Assembly: GCA_044892525.1 (NCBI GenBank)
Contig: CM097885.1
Span: forward strand, 17,300,001 to 17,364,000
Direction: 5' to 3'
Length of the DNA stretch: 64,000 bases
Source: Schmidtea polychroa
Lineage: Eukaryota
The translations under genes and the position numbers were made by a program. Positions 1-11,988 of the stretch are shown here, piece after piece (the stretch's first letter is position 1; each line of letters begins with the position of its first letter). A model generated the notes under the pieces. It did not search any database, had not been told where the DNA came from, and saw nothing but the letters and a program-made list of their open reading frames with translations.

Positions 1-148
1 TAAAGTTTTTCCACTACCAGTAGGACAATTTGATAAACGGCATCATTTCTTAATTCCATCTTAATTAATCTAATTTCATTAATATTATTGTTTATATTTG
101 TTTAAATTTAATATTATAAGTATATAAAAATTATTTAAATTTTATTAC

Positions 149-595
149 ATGACTTCATTATTATTGAGCAACATTAATTATAAAGATAAGTGTTTAGTCA
201 AAAACATGAAATTCCCATTAGGTAAACCCCAACAAGTTGTGGATAGAAGTGGGATGTATCCAATTATATTTTTCAAGTTGGGTAGATGTCGGATAATGGG
301 ATGCAAGCAACCTCTTAAATTAGTTGATTTGAAATATAAGATACAAGATTTACAAATTCAGTCCATTACAGTAACTGCTGATATCGAAAAATTTATAAAT
401 TTATACGAATTACAACATAAAACTAAATGTGTGTTTGATCCAGAAATATTTCCCGCCTTACGTCTTCAAAAATATAATCCAGTTTGTGTTAATGTATTTT
501 CAAGCGGGAAGGTTTTATTACATAGAATAAAAACTTTAGAATATAATCACTATGTAGAGAACATTATCTCAGAAATTAAAATGTTAATTAATTAA
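149..595 (+). CDS. Divergent, minimal TATA-binding-protein-like protein (148 aa, intronless)
   Basis: C-terminal half QIQSITVTADIEKFINL...FDPEIFPAL...VNVFSSGKVLL matches TBP repeat 2 (KIQNMVGSCDVKFPIRL...YEPELFPGL...LIFVSGKVVL). IIFFKLGRCRIMGCK resembles the end of a shortened repeat 1. Confidence 0.75.
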   Translation: MTSLLLSNINYKDKCLVKNMKFPLGKPQQVVDRSGMYPIIFFKLGRCRIMGCKQPLKLVDLKYKIQDLQIQSITVTADIEKFINLYELQHKTKCVFDPEIFPALRLQKYNPVCVNVFSSGKVLLHRIKTLEYNHYVENIISEIKMLIN

Positions 596-637
596 TTAAT
601 TTTGTTTGTATTGATTTTGTTTTTAGTAATAAGAAAA

Positions 638-1024
638 ATGTCAAAAGGTAAAGAATATATTTTTATTTATAATTAATAATCTTTATATCTAGTTTACTTA
701 TTTGAAGTAATTTTAAAGAAGTTTCAAGAATTATACCCAGGAATAAGAAATACCATAGATTATTGTGCACCAGAGTTACTTATAAATAAAATATTTCGCT
801 TAACAGGTATTAATATAGAACAACTTTTAGAGTTGCACTACGTTATGGTTCTGAGGTCTGACACTAGATGCATTGAAAATTGTATTGTTTGCAAAGATTC
901 TATGAGATTGTCATGCCCCAATGGGTGTCCATGCTGTCACGACTTTAAAAGGGATCAATCAGTTCATATCTTATTAGCTGAAATGCGTAAAGCATACTAC
1001 ACAGATGTATTTAACTTGAAATAA
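638..1024 (+). CDS. Small Cys-rich hypothetical protein (~113 aa); exons 638-647, 693-1024
   Basis: ATG TCA AAA G|gtaaag...atctag|TT TAC: a 45-nt GT-AG intron puts the ATG in frame with ORF 833-1024. C-terminal cluster CIENCIVC...CPNGCPCCH; AATAAA overlaps the stop codon. Confidence 0.55.
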
Positions 1025-1657
1025 AATGTTTTATATAATTTTTAAATTTTTAATATTATCTGTGTGTGAATTATAACCGAGTGGTTATCACATTCATTGT
1101 CATCATTATAGTACTCGGGTTCAAATATATGTATGTATGACGTTTCTTATATAATTATAATACAATAAATATATATCTATAATAAAATTATAGAATTATG
1201 TAACACCATACCACCCCCTGGGTACCCATACAAATATTACGTAATAATATATATCCTGAGATATTTGGTTTGGTTTATACTCCTCACTTGTCACTACTCT
1301 ATCAAAATGTATAGAGTTTTTCCTGAGATATTTGGCTTGGTTTATACTCCTCACTACTCTAATAAAGTATAATTATTATGTAAGAGGTCAAAGGTCAATT
1401 ATTATATAAGGGATCAAAGGTCAATTAGTATGCAAGAGGTCAATGGACAATTATTGCACAATGGGGTCAGATAGGACATGAAATTAAAAAATCAAATGTT
1501 ACGTAAACAACACATCATTACATCGCCTTATATACGATTACGTAATTTTACAGAATTATGTAACACCATACAACCCCAGAGTACCCAATCAAATATTACG
1601 CAATACTGTATATCCTGGGATATTGGAATTGGTTTATACTCCTCACTTGTCACTACT

Positions 1658-3116
1658 AATGAAATTTTTCAGATGTTTGAAGTAACGAAGATTCCGTATT
1701 TTAATATCCTCAGTATAGATTTTGATTTTGGAAACAAATGCTTTCCATATCTCATAAAGCTCCATAACCGTTTGTCCAACACCTTGCAGATGTAAATTAA
1801 ACTCGCCGAGGTGAGCTATAAAACATAAGTTTTATAAGCCACTGTGTGTCTTCAAGTTCGGAATATCTTCCAGATTTTTCTTCCAAAAAGACTTTGATTG
1901 AGTCGAAGCATCCAACAAACCTTTCCAGAACTTTACCGCAACTTAGCCATCCAACGTTGCGGTGAAGAGGTATGTGCTGATATGCACTCTCCATCTCTTG
2001 AAGTAAAGCTTCGAACTGTCTTTTTGTTAGAGAAGAGCGTACCACAAGAAAATTTACAATTTTAGATACGGTAGACATAACATTGTTAAGATCGGTTTTT
2101 GAAATCTTTGCACAAATACTCTCTTGGTGAATAATACAATGAAACTTTAAAATGGGGTGGCTAATCTTTTCTTCAAGTAAATTGACGAATCCATTTAGCC
2201 TACCTACCATGGCAGGAGCACCATCTGTCATAACAGCAAATATCTTGATGTCAATTCTTCTTTCTTCAAAATGATCGATAAACGTTTTTAAAATATCTTT
2301 TCCCGTTGTATTACCATGCATAGATTCGTGACAACATAACTCCTCACGCATTTCAGTATCACTGTGTCTAGTTACAATTGCCAAACGTGGTATCCCGTTT
2401 ATATCAACACTCTCATCAATTGCTACATTCAGGACGCTAGCATTCCTTAACGCATCAGTGTGCTGTTCTTTTATATTCTGAACCATTTCTGTAATGCGTC
2501 TCTCAACCGTCCTAGCAGAAGTAGGTATTTCTTTTATCCTTGAAATACTTATGTTTTTATTGGGAAGATGATCAAACAGCACCTCAGAGCACTTGAGGAA
2601 AATCTCTTTAATATAACCACCGCTTTCCAAAATTTGCAATACACTGTGAGATTTTGTAGCTAGCTTCAGTTGCTTGATTTTTTCTACCGATCATGTTTAC
2701 AAAAACGTTTGTTTGCTTCTCATAGCGAGCCACATCATTTTTAATAGATTCATTTTTTTCTGCCTCACACTTAAAGGATCCTTTGTGTTTTGTTTCAAAG
2801 TGACGCTTTACTTGACGTTCTAACTACAACAGTTTCGATTATTTTTTAAAATAAACCCGTAATCTGTTGTCCAAGAAGACTGAAATTGGCGAATATCAAA
2901 CTTCATTTTTTTGGAATACGCCATAATGGGTATTTAAATAATAAAACAAGTTTAATATTTGAGTAAATAATTATGGCAGTAAAAATGAAATTAACTAAAC
3001 TTATTTACTATTTAATGATTAAATTTCTTTATCATTATTTTTTTCATTATTAGTAAATTTAATAAATCACTTCGAGTGCCAAGTTTGGCACGCGTGCCGT
3101 AGGTTGCCGACCCCTG
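1658..3116 (-). mobile_element. hAT (Charlie-type, GTF2IRD2/EPM2AIP1-like) transposon, frameshifted and 3'-truncated
   Basis: Terminus CAGGGGTCGGCAACC on the minus strand at 3116. ORF 1797-2639 has AIDESVD, MTDGAPAMVG, HCIIHQE and GWLSCGKVLERF motifs. Reading frame is broken at both ends. Confidence 0.85.
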
Positions 3117-3150
3117 GATTAAAGGGAATACATGTCACCAAAAATAAATT

Positions 3151-3193
3151 AGCCAATCAGAGAGTAATTACAAAATTTATTCAATCCGATTGG
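3151..3193 (+). promoter_or_regulatory. Possible paired CCAAT boxes upstream of the LicD-family gene
   Basis: AGCCAATCAG at 3151 and reverse CCGATTGG at ~3186, 75-115 bp upstream of the ATG at 3268. Motif match only. Confidence 0.3.
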
Positions 3194-3267
3194 ATAATCA
3201 TCATCAAAACATCGAATACTTTGGAATTTCACATTTTATACGACAAATTCTTTGTTTGGAATTTTCA

Positions 3268-4842
3268 ATGAAAAATTACAATCTATTCTTCGTCACATTT
3301 TCTTTAATTATTATCTGTGTTTTTTATACTGTATGGAGAATAAATACGGTATATCTAAATGCTCAGAATTCAACGAGAATATCTCCGAACATTTCACTAA
3401 AGTTGACGACAAAAATCAATAATAAGGAAACTTATTTTCACAGAAGAATGTCAAATTCTCAAGTCTTTGAGATGTTGGAATTGCTTCAAGTTTTCATAAC
3501 TTTATTGGATAGATCTAATATAACATACATCGCATACGGAGGAACTCTTATTGGTATCTATCGACACCACGGGCTGATCCCTTGGGATGATGATATTGGT
3601 AAATTTTACCATTTTTATTCATTTATCATTTTGATTAATAATTTTCATTATAAAAATTAATAAAGATAAAATAAATGTGTTGGGTATTTTGTGTAAGTCG
3701 AGTAGGTAGTTAGTGGCTTACGGCAGCAATAGGGGGGGGTAAAAAATGTTGCAAACTTTTGATTGCATAACTTTTTCCGTAGACATTTTTTGATTACATA
3801 ATTGTTGCCGTAATGCCCAATGTTTTCTGGGATTTTAAATACAAAATTTTTTTTTTTTTTTTTTTCAATAAACAAGCCAAGGATAAATATTATTTGGGTG
3901 GGTCTCCTTGGTCCTGAGAATTTCAATAGAAAAAGGTAGTCTTCAATAAAAAAGCATGGATTTTTCACACTATAGTGAGGGGATCTTCTTGGTCATGAGA
4001 ATTTCAATAGAAAAGGTGGTTTACATTAAAAAACGCATAGTAAATTTTTAAAATAAAGCAAATTATGGGTCTAAAATTTAAAAATAAAGTAAATGATGGG
4101 TCTAAAAATTTAAGTAAATCAAGGTTCAGATTTATTTTTGAAATAAAGTAAATTATGGTCTAAATAAGTAAATTATGGGCTAAGATTTTTCAATTAAAGT
4201 AAATAATGGTTCTAAAAAATTAAATTACAGTAAATTATGGTCCAAATTTTTAAATTAAAGTAAATTATGGTTCTTAAAAATTAAATTAAAGTAAATTATG
4301 GTCAAAATTTTTGAATTACAGTCCAAAAATTTAAATTAAAGTAAATTATGATCCAAATTTTTAAATTAAAGTAAATAATGGTTCTAAAAAATTAAATTAA
4401 AGTAAATAATGGTCCAAATATTTTAAATTACAGTAAATAATGGTTCTAAAAATTAAATTACAGTAAATAATGGTCAAAAATTTTAAAATTAAAGTAAATT
4501 ATGGTTCTAAAAATTAAATTAAAGTTAATTAAGGTCCAAATTTTAAAATTAAATAATCAATGGTAAAAAAAATTTAAATTAAAGTTAAATAAGTAAATTA
4601 AAGTAATAATTTTTAAATAAGTAAATTAAAGTAATGTAATAAGTAAATTAAAGTAAGATTTTTAAATTTATTAACAAAAATAGAAGGTGTTTGAGAATTG
4701 AAATTTTTTAATGGAAATTTTAATGAATTATTTTTTAAGTAATTTTTAATAGAAATTTTTATGAATAATTTTCAATGGTAATTTTTAATGGAAATTTTAA
4801 TAGAATAATTTTTAAGATAATTTTTAATGAAAATTTTTATGA

Positions 4843-4886
<44 letters not shown>

Positions 4887-7800
4887 TAATATTAATAATA
4901 TATCAACCAAATACTATACAACACATAAAAAATTAACTAAACACATAAAAATAACTAGACACATAACAAAACATATAAACATTAACTAAACACATAAAAA
5001 TGAACTAGACACATAACAAACATAAAAATTTACCAAATAACAAATGTAAAGATATAAAATTTATTCAATAAAATTAGTCCTCATCGGACAAAATAACGTC
5101 ATCGATATCGATGTCATCTTCTCCAAAATCTTCATTTAATTCTTCCTCATCTTCTCCATCATTTTCTCCAACATTTTCTGAAACATTTTCTGCAACAATT
5201 TCTCCAACATTTTCTCCAATATTTAATTCACTTAATCTTACATGCCCATATGCAAGACTAGTATTTTTCCCCACCAAAACCCTTTTGTCATCTTTGTTAG
5301 TTAGTGCTATTTTTGTGTTTTTAATTGTAAAAATTTGATGATTTTTGCTTGTTATTTTAGTCTGAGGAACCGAAAAAATCTGGTTAGTGTTATAACAATC
5401 CAGGTATGACTGATGTTTTATGTCACTACCTTTCAATGTTACACCTTTAGCCTTTTTTGTTTCCTCATCACCCAACAAGCTATAACATTTAGGTCTAAGA
5501 AAAACCCACTCCTTATATTTAAGACCTTTATTCTCGTCTTTGAACTTTCCAATGACTGAATCAAGGTTCTTACTATATAAGGAATGACAACTATTGTAAT
5601 TGGAAGTATCCAATAAATTATCTCGAACCATTGCAGGTAAAAGAACCTCAAGTTTGCAGTTAATGACTTCGAGGAAAAAAGAATCTGTATCACCTGCAAC
5701 GATATTAATTTTACAATTAAACTCATTGCGAAATGATTCCAGATCCTTATATTGCAATTCATACATTCTAAGTTTAGATAGATCAAGTACAGATTGACCA
5801 ATGTAACTCGGTCTATCTAAACATATAGAATCGGAATTCAATAGTGCTGCAATTAAATTATCTGCTATTTTAATAGATTTTTTAAAAGTCGGTTTTGACG
5901 AATATTTAACTAATTTACCGGCAGTTGTACAAAGACGAAGATTCATTCTTCTCTTTAAATTTTCAACTGTTTTGCCGTATAAACTATTATTTAGCAATTT
6001 ATAATAATTTTTATCTAAGCTATTTACGCTTTTTGATCTTAATTCGGTATTTGTATCTATATATATTTTAAAAATTGGTGATTGCTTAAATCTTACACCC
6101 CTATTTACACGTGTTACTTTAACACCAAGTTCCAAATATAATTTTAATAATCTCCAATGAATAACATAATTAGATTTTGGAAGATGAGTTAATAATAATT
6201 TTTCAACCTTAGACCCAGCAGGTTTCATTTTTTCAGCAGCTACAGGGAAATCATCCAACTTATCATGAAGCTCAGAAGGAATTACAAGATCAACTTCAAG
6301 TGTGTATCCATAAGACAAAGATTCAAGATTTAAATTCCTACATTCATCCATTATTTTATCAAATCCATCAAGAACCCAACAAAATTCGCCACAAGGTAAT
6401 GATTGACTTAAAGCCCAGCCATAAAGATTATTAATATCTATATATAGTAACTCGGTGTTCTCGTCGGTTTTTACGTAATGCTTATTCACAAAAGTAAGAC
6501 CGCCTCTTATTCCACCCTCATAAAAGCTAAACATTTCGTTTTCCGTTATGAGTTCAATTGGTTCATTTAAAGACATTAATGCAGAAGACCAAGACATGCC
6601 TGGAATTCCGAAATAATTCAATGGTTCCAATCTATTGTGAGCAATGGATTTCAACCGAAACTGATGAAAGAAATCAGCCAAAAGAAAACAATCAAGTTTT
6701 AGGTAGATCATCATATAATCTAATAAAGTTACGCAATTAGTTTCTACCCAAATCTCCTGAGCTTTTTCATACTCAAGCTCAGTGACACCCTCCCAGATTG
6801 GTGGTAATTCATAAGTAGTTTGGAGAATATCTAAAGAAGTGGCGAAATTATAAGGGAAGATTCCTTTTTCACTTACTATGGTGCCAGAAAAAGCAGAATT
6901 AGTAAAAGGCAAAGAATTCAAAGTTTTGACTGCTTTAGCCAAAGAATCATTGACAAATTGATACGAATCAATGAATCTTAGGCTAATTTTACCTAAATGA
7001 GCAATCAAAGATATAAATTTTTCCGTAGTTATTGGGATGCACCCTAAATTCCAATTTTTAAATTTATTTAATCCATATTTAAGTATATGGTGCATATCGT
7101 ATCCCTTCAAGTTGTGAAATACGATAGGCAAAATTTTATTTATTTTTCTATTTACGTTACATGTGCTACAAGCTGCACCCAAGTATTTCCCCGTAAAATG
7201 ATCGTGATCTCTAACAGGATCCACGATAGATTTCAAACAAAGATAACAAACCGTTGAATTAATGAATTGTTGTTGCTCAATTTTCGTTAATTTAATCATT
7301 GGTTTCCTACCCATTTTATAATAAAAAGGAAGAACCTTATTTAATGCTATATCCTCTATAGCACTTAAAAAACTCTCGACGCAATCTAAACCTATAAACT
7401 GCTGATAAGATTTAGATCCGTCAAAGTTATTTACTAGTAAAAGACCAGCAGATATTGGCATGTGTCGCTGAAAATGATCATTATCAGAAGGTAAAATAGC
7501 CTCAAAATCGGCATAAACTACAAAAGGAGGAGTTACTGTTTTCGACCAGTCAGTAAACTGTAAGAATTTATTTTGAGGGAAAGTATAAAGAGTTGTTCCT
7601 AATTGATTACGTTTGCATAATATTTCATGTTTTTCTAGTGCGTTTCTATTATTAAACCCATTCAAACACCGATGGCACCATAATGAACGTATGCGTGTAG
7701 GACAAGTAGTGTTGATACCACAATTCAATAACCTATTTAAATTGCTTATAGCAACGTAATGGAAATTGTTCCCTTTATTTAATAATAGTAAATTAATTAC

Positions 7801-10800
7801 AGTTCCATTTAAAACTTTGGAACGATGTATAATGTCTAAATGTGGGTGTTTTAAAACGTAATTATCTATTAATTGTTTGTTATTGTCATAAGAAAAAACG
7901 TTAATTATTAAACCAGGATTTTTGGCCTCGAATTTTCTAATATCTTTTAATTTCATGGGTAAGTCCAATGGATTATATATTAATTCAGATAAATTATAAC
8001 TGGATGTCCTATTTCTAGCATAACTACTAACCTCATCATATTTTAAAATAGCTAAAATGCTATATAAAAAACATGAATCATCGGTGTTTTTTATATTAAT
8101 TAAACAATATTTATTTTTTAGATAAGTAGGTAGTTCAATGAAACTCCTACCACTTAATCTACTTAGCCTACTTATCTTTGTTATGGTGAAGTGAATTTCT
8201 GTTATTTTTTTTTATGATCCAGCTACTTCCTAACTCTGTGATATTACTTATTTTCTCGTTTAGTTCCCTAATGCCTTCGTCAAAAAATGAGGCAGTTAAA
8301 GGTTTTGCGTAATTCGAAATATTATTAACCTTTATTTCCCCATCTTTTTCAAATTCGATTGTTATTCCGAATTGAATTTTGACGGAGCCTAATTCGTTAA
8401 TAATATCTCGTAATTTTATAATTAATTGTTCAGGAAATATTATTTCCTTTATATTTAAGTCGCTAGTATTTAAACTTAATATTTGATGGGTACCCCTTAG
8501 ATCTTTTTGTATTATGGGAACATTACCCCCTATTTGTATTATATTTAATCCATCCCAAGAATCAAAGGAATTGAATAATCCATCATTGGATTCAACAAAA
8601 GACAATCCAGCCTGGGATTCAACCTCTAATCCGACCTGGGATTCAAAAGAAGAAGTATCTAATTTAATTTTTTTATTTGTATTATTTTTTTCTATAGTTG
8701 ATGGTCTTTTAAAAACACTATCTTTTTTAAAATTAAACCTATCTAAATGATGTTTATGTTTATTATAAAAAACGCTATATGTTACAGGGTTACTAGTCTT
8801 ACATACGGGACATATAAAATATGTTTTATTATAATATTTTTTCGTGTAATAATTCTCCATTATAGAATGGCAATTATTATCATGTTCTTTCGATGAACAA
8901 TAATTTGGATAAAGTATACCTATAAAATAAAAATTTAATAAAAAAATATATATATATATATAATTTAAATGAAATATTTTAATAAATGTTTACGCATAAA
9001 TTTACAAATTTTATTTACTAAAAAAATAAAAATTTACTAAATTAAAAATATTAACATTTAATTAAATAAAAAATTATATTAAATTTCCTTTAAATTATAT
9101 AAAAAAGTAATCAATACTTACATTGTAAATTTTCATTTCGATTTATTGACACATTGACATAATTTTTCTCTTTATTCGTATTACCTAAATTATTAATTAA
9201 TTAAATCAATAAATAAAAAATTATGTTTACTTTTTCTTTTCAAATTTCCTTTAATCTTCGATTTTAAATTGTCTTCATTAATATTATCTAAATTAATTAA
9301 TAAATTAATTAATAAATTAATTAATAAATAAATTAAAATTTACCAAATTCCTGAATTTTTCCTCGAACATTCATAACGTTTTCTATTAAAGAATTCATTT
9401 TTAAAGGTTAACTATTTGTTAAATGTGACTAATAATTGATATTGTTTATAGATTATTATTGTTTATAGATTATTATTGTTTATAGGAACAAATTCTAACC
9501 AATCAAAATCAAGGAAGGGTAGGGAAAAATATATTACGTTGCGGTATTTTAAAATTAAAATTTATTTTAAAAACACATTTTGACGTTAAAGTCGAGTTAT
9601 GTAACAAAGACATAATAAACTTATTATTTACTACAAATATTTCACCTATCAAATACCTAACTAGAGATGCTATATATTGATTGTTCATAAAAGCCAACTT
9701 AATCATAAATTTCTGTATATTATTTTGTAAATTATTTCTGTAAATTAAATTTTGTATATTATTTCTGTAAATTATCAAGTAAATTTAAAGTTCTTGATAA
9801 GGTTAACTGGTTTCTTAGCTTATGTTTTTTTTAAAAAGTTCATCAATGTGTAAATATTCTTAGAAAATTATTGAAAAAAAAATATTTAGTCAAATGCATT
9901 ACAAAGTCATCTAAAATTAAACCAATTACTTAATTATTAACATAACAGTCATTAAAAAAAAATTAATTTTTATTTAAAATTTAACAAATTATCAAGAAAT
10001 TCAATTAAAATCATCATTAAAACTTTAAATTTTTTAATAAATCAACATGAAATTCTTAGAAATATGAAAAAAAAATATTATTACAAAGTTATATCCTATC
10101 ACATGATTATTAACCTGACTGTCATTAAAATAATTTTTATTTAAAAAAAAAACCAATCAATTAAAATGCATCCAATTATCAAGAAATTAATTAAATTTAT
10201 TTAGAACTAACTTAAAATTTTTAAATATTCATTCAATCCACATGAAATTCACGAAAATGATAAAAATTCACAAAAACCATCAACTCTAAAAAAAATAATT
10301 ACTAATGAATACCTTAAACACCAAAATTTATCTAAATAATCTTTCAAATTAATTCATTAAAATTGAAGACAACACGCTCTATTTTGTCATTACATTCAAT
10401 TAAAATTAAATAAATCAAGATAAGAACTTTGATAAAAAATATTATTCTAAAATGGTAAAAATTAACACTGTAGTGTTAAATGAAAAGGTAATTATTCTTT
10501 AAATCTAATTAACTTAGTCATAATTTTCTTTAATTTAACTCTTTATTTACTTAATTTAGTCCTTGTTTACCGAAAATAGAAGTTTAAAATATAGACCATT
10601 GATTACTTTAATTTAAAAATGTATCCCTTAATTTACATAATTTCAATCTAAAATTATTTCAAAAAATTTTTTCTAAAATTTTCATTGAAAAATATTTCAT
10701 AAAAATTTTCATTAAAAATTTTCATTGAAAAATATTTCATAAAAATTTTCATTAAAAAATTTCAATTCTCAAACACCTTCTATTATTTTGTTAATAAATT

Positions 10801-11932
10801 TAAAATCTTACTTTAATTTGCTTATTACATTACTTATTTAAAAATTATTACTTTAATTTACTTATTTAAAATATTTGACCATTGATTACTTAATTTAAAA
10901 ATTTGGACCTTAATTTACTTTAATTTAATTTTTTAGAACCATAATTTACTTTAATTTAATTTTTAGAACCTTAATTAACTTTAATTCAAATTTGGACCTT
11001 AATTTACTTTAATTGAAAATTTTAGACCATAATTTACTTAATTGAAATTTTAGACCTTAATTTGCTTATTTATCTTTAATTTACTTAAGTTTGTTGCAAC
11101 TTGTTTTTTTTTTTTGTATTGAAAATTCTAGAAAAAAAAAATAATACAATTGCGTAATAATACAAAAAAAAATACAACAAAAAAAACTAGTTGCAACAAT
11201 TGCGTAATCAAAAGTTGCAACAAAAAAAAGTTGCAACAAAAAAAAAGTTGCAACACCCCCCCCCCCTCCCCGGGGGGGGGGGTAATTGTTGCAGTGGGCT
11301 ACTATCTACCTACTATAAACATCGCCTGAGAAATGAAAATTTTTTCAATGACAATTTTACATTAAAATTATGGTCTAAAATTTTCAATTAAGTAAATTAA
11401 GGTCTAAAATTTTCAATTAAGTAAATTATGGTCTAAAATTTTCAATTAAGTAAATTAAGGTCCAAATTTTTAAAAAATCATCAAATTTTTACAATTAAAA
11501 ACACAAAAATAGCACTAACTAACAAAGATGACAAAAGGGTTTTGGTGGGGAAAAATACTAGTCTTGCATATGGGCATGTAAGATTAAGTGAATTAAATAT
11601 TGGAGAAAATGTTGGAGAAATTGTTGCAGAAAATGTTTCAGAAAATGTTGGAGAAAATGATGGAGAAGATGAGGAAGAATTAAATGAAGATTTTGGAGAA
11701 GATGACATCGATATCGATGACGTTATTTTGTCCGATGAGGACTAATTTTATTGAATAAATTTTATATCTTTACATTTGTTATTTGGTAAATTTTTATGTT
11801 TGTTATGTGTCTAGTTCATTTTTATGTGTTTAGTTAATGTTTATATGTTTTGTTATGTGTCTAGTTATTTTTATGTGTTTAGTTAATTTTTTATGTGTTG
11901 TATAGTATTTGGTTGATATATTATTAATATTA

Positions 11933-11988
<56 letters not shown>

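Larger units (their letters stand above)
1..1657. mobile_element. Right end of a putative Polinton/Maverick-like element (extends upstream of window)
   Basis: Ends in ...CTCACTTGTCACTACT at 1657 (reverse complement AGTAGT, a typical Polinton terminus); hAT transposase sequence resumes immediately after it. Terminal block is repeated (~1190-1297, 1321-1358, 1552-1657). Subterminal AGGTCA repeats resemble those of the element at 61898. No hallmark Polinton gene is visible in this part. Confidence 0.55.

Noticed and set aside
1478..1795. 105-aa ORF
   Set aside because: Spans the element terminus and antisense hAT sequence; no recognisable motif.
5111..5338. Ser-rich 75-aa ORF and its twin at 11481-11708
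   Set aside because: Antisense shadow of the acidic PolB tail, duplicated by the TIR.
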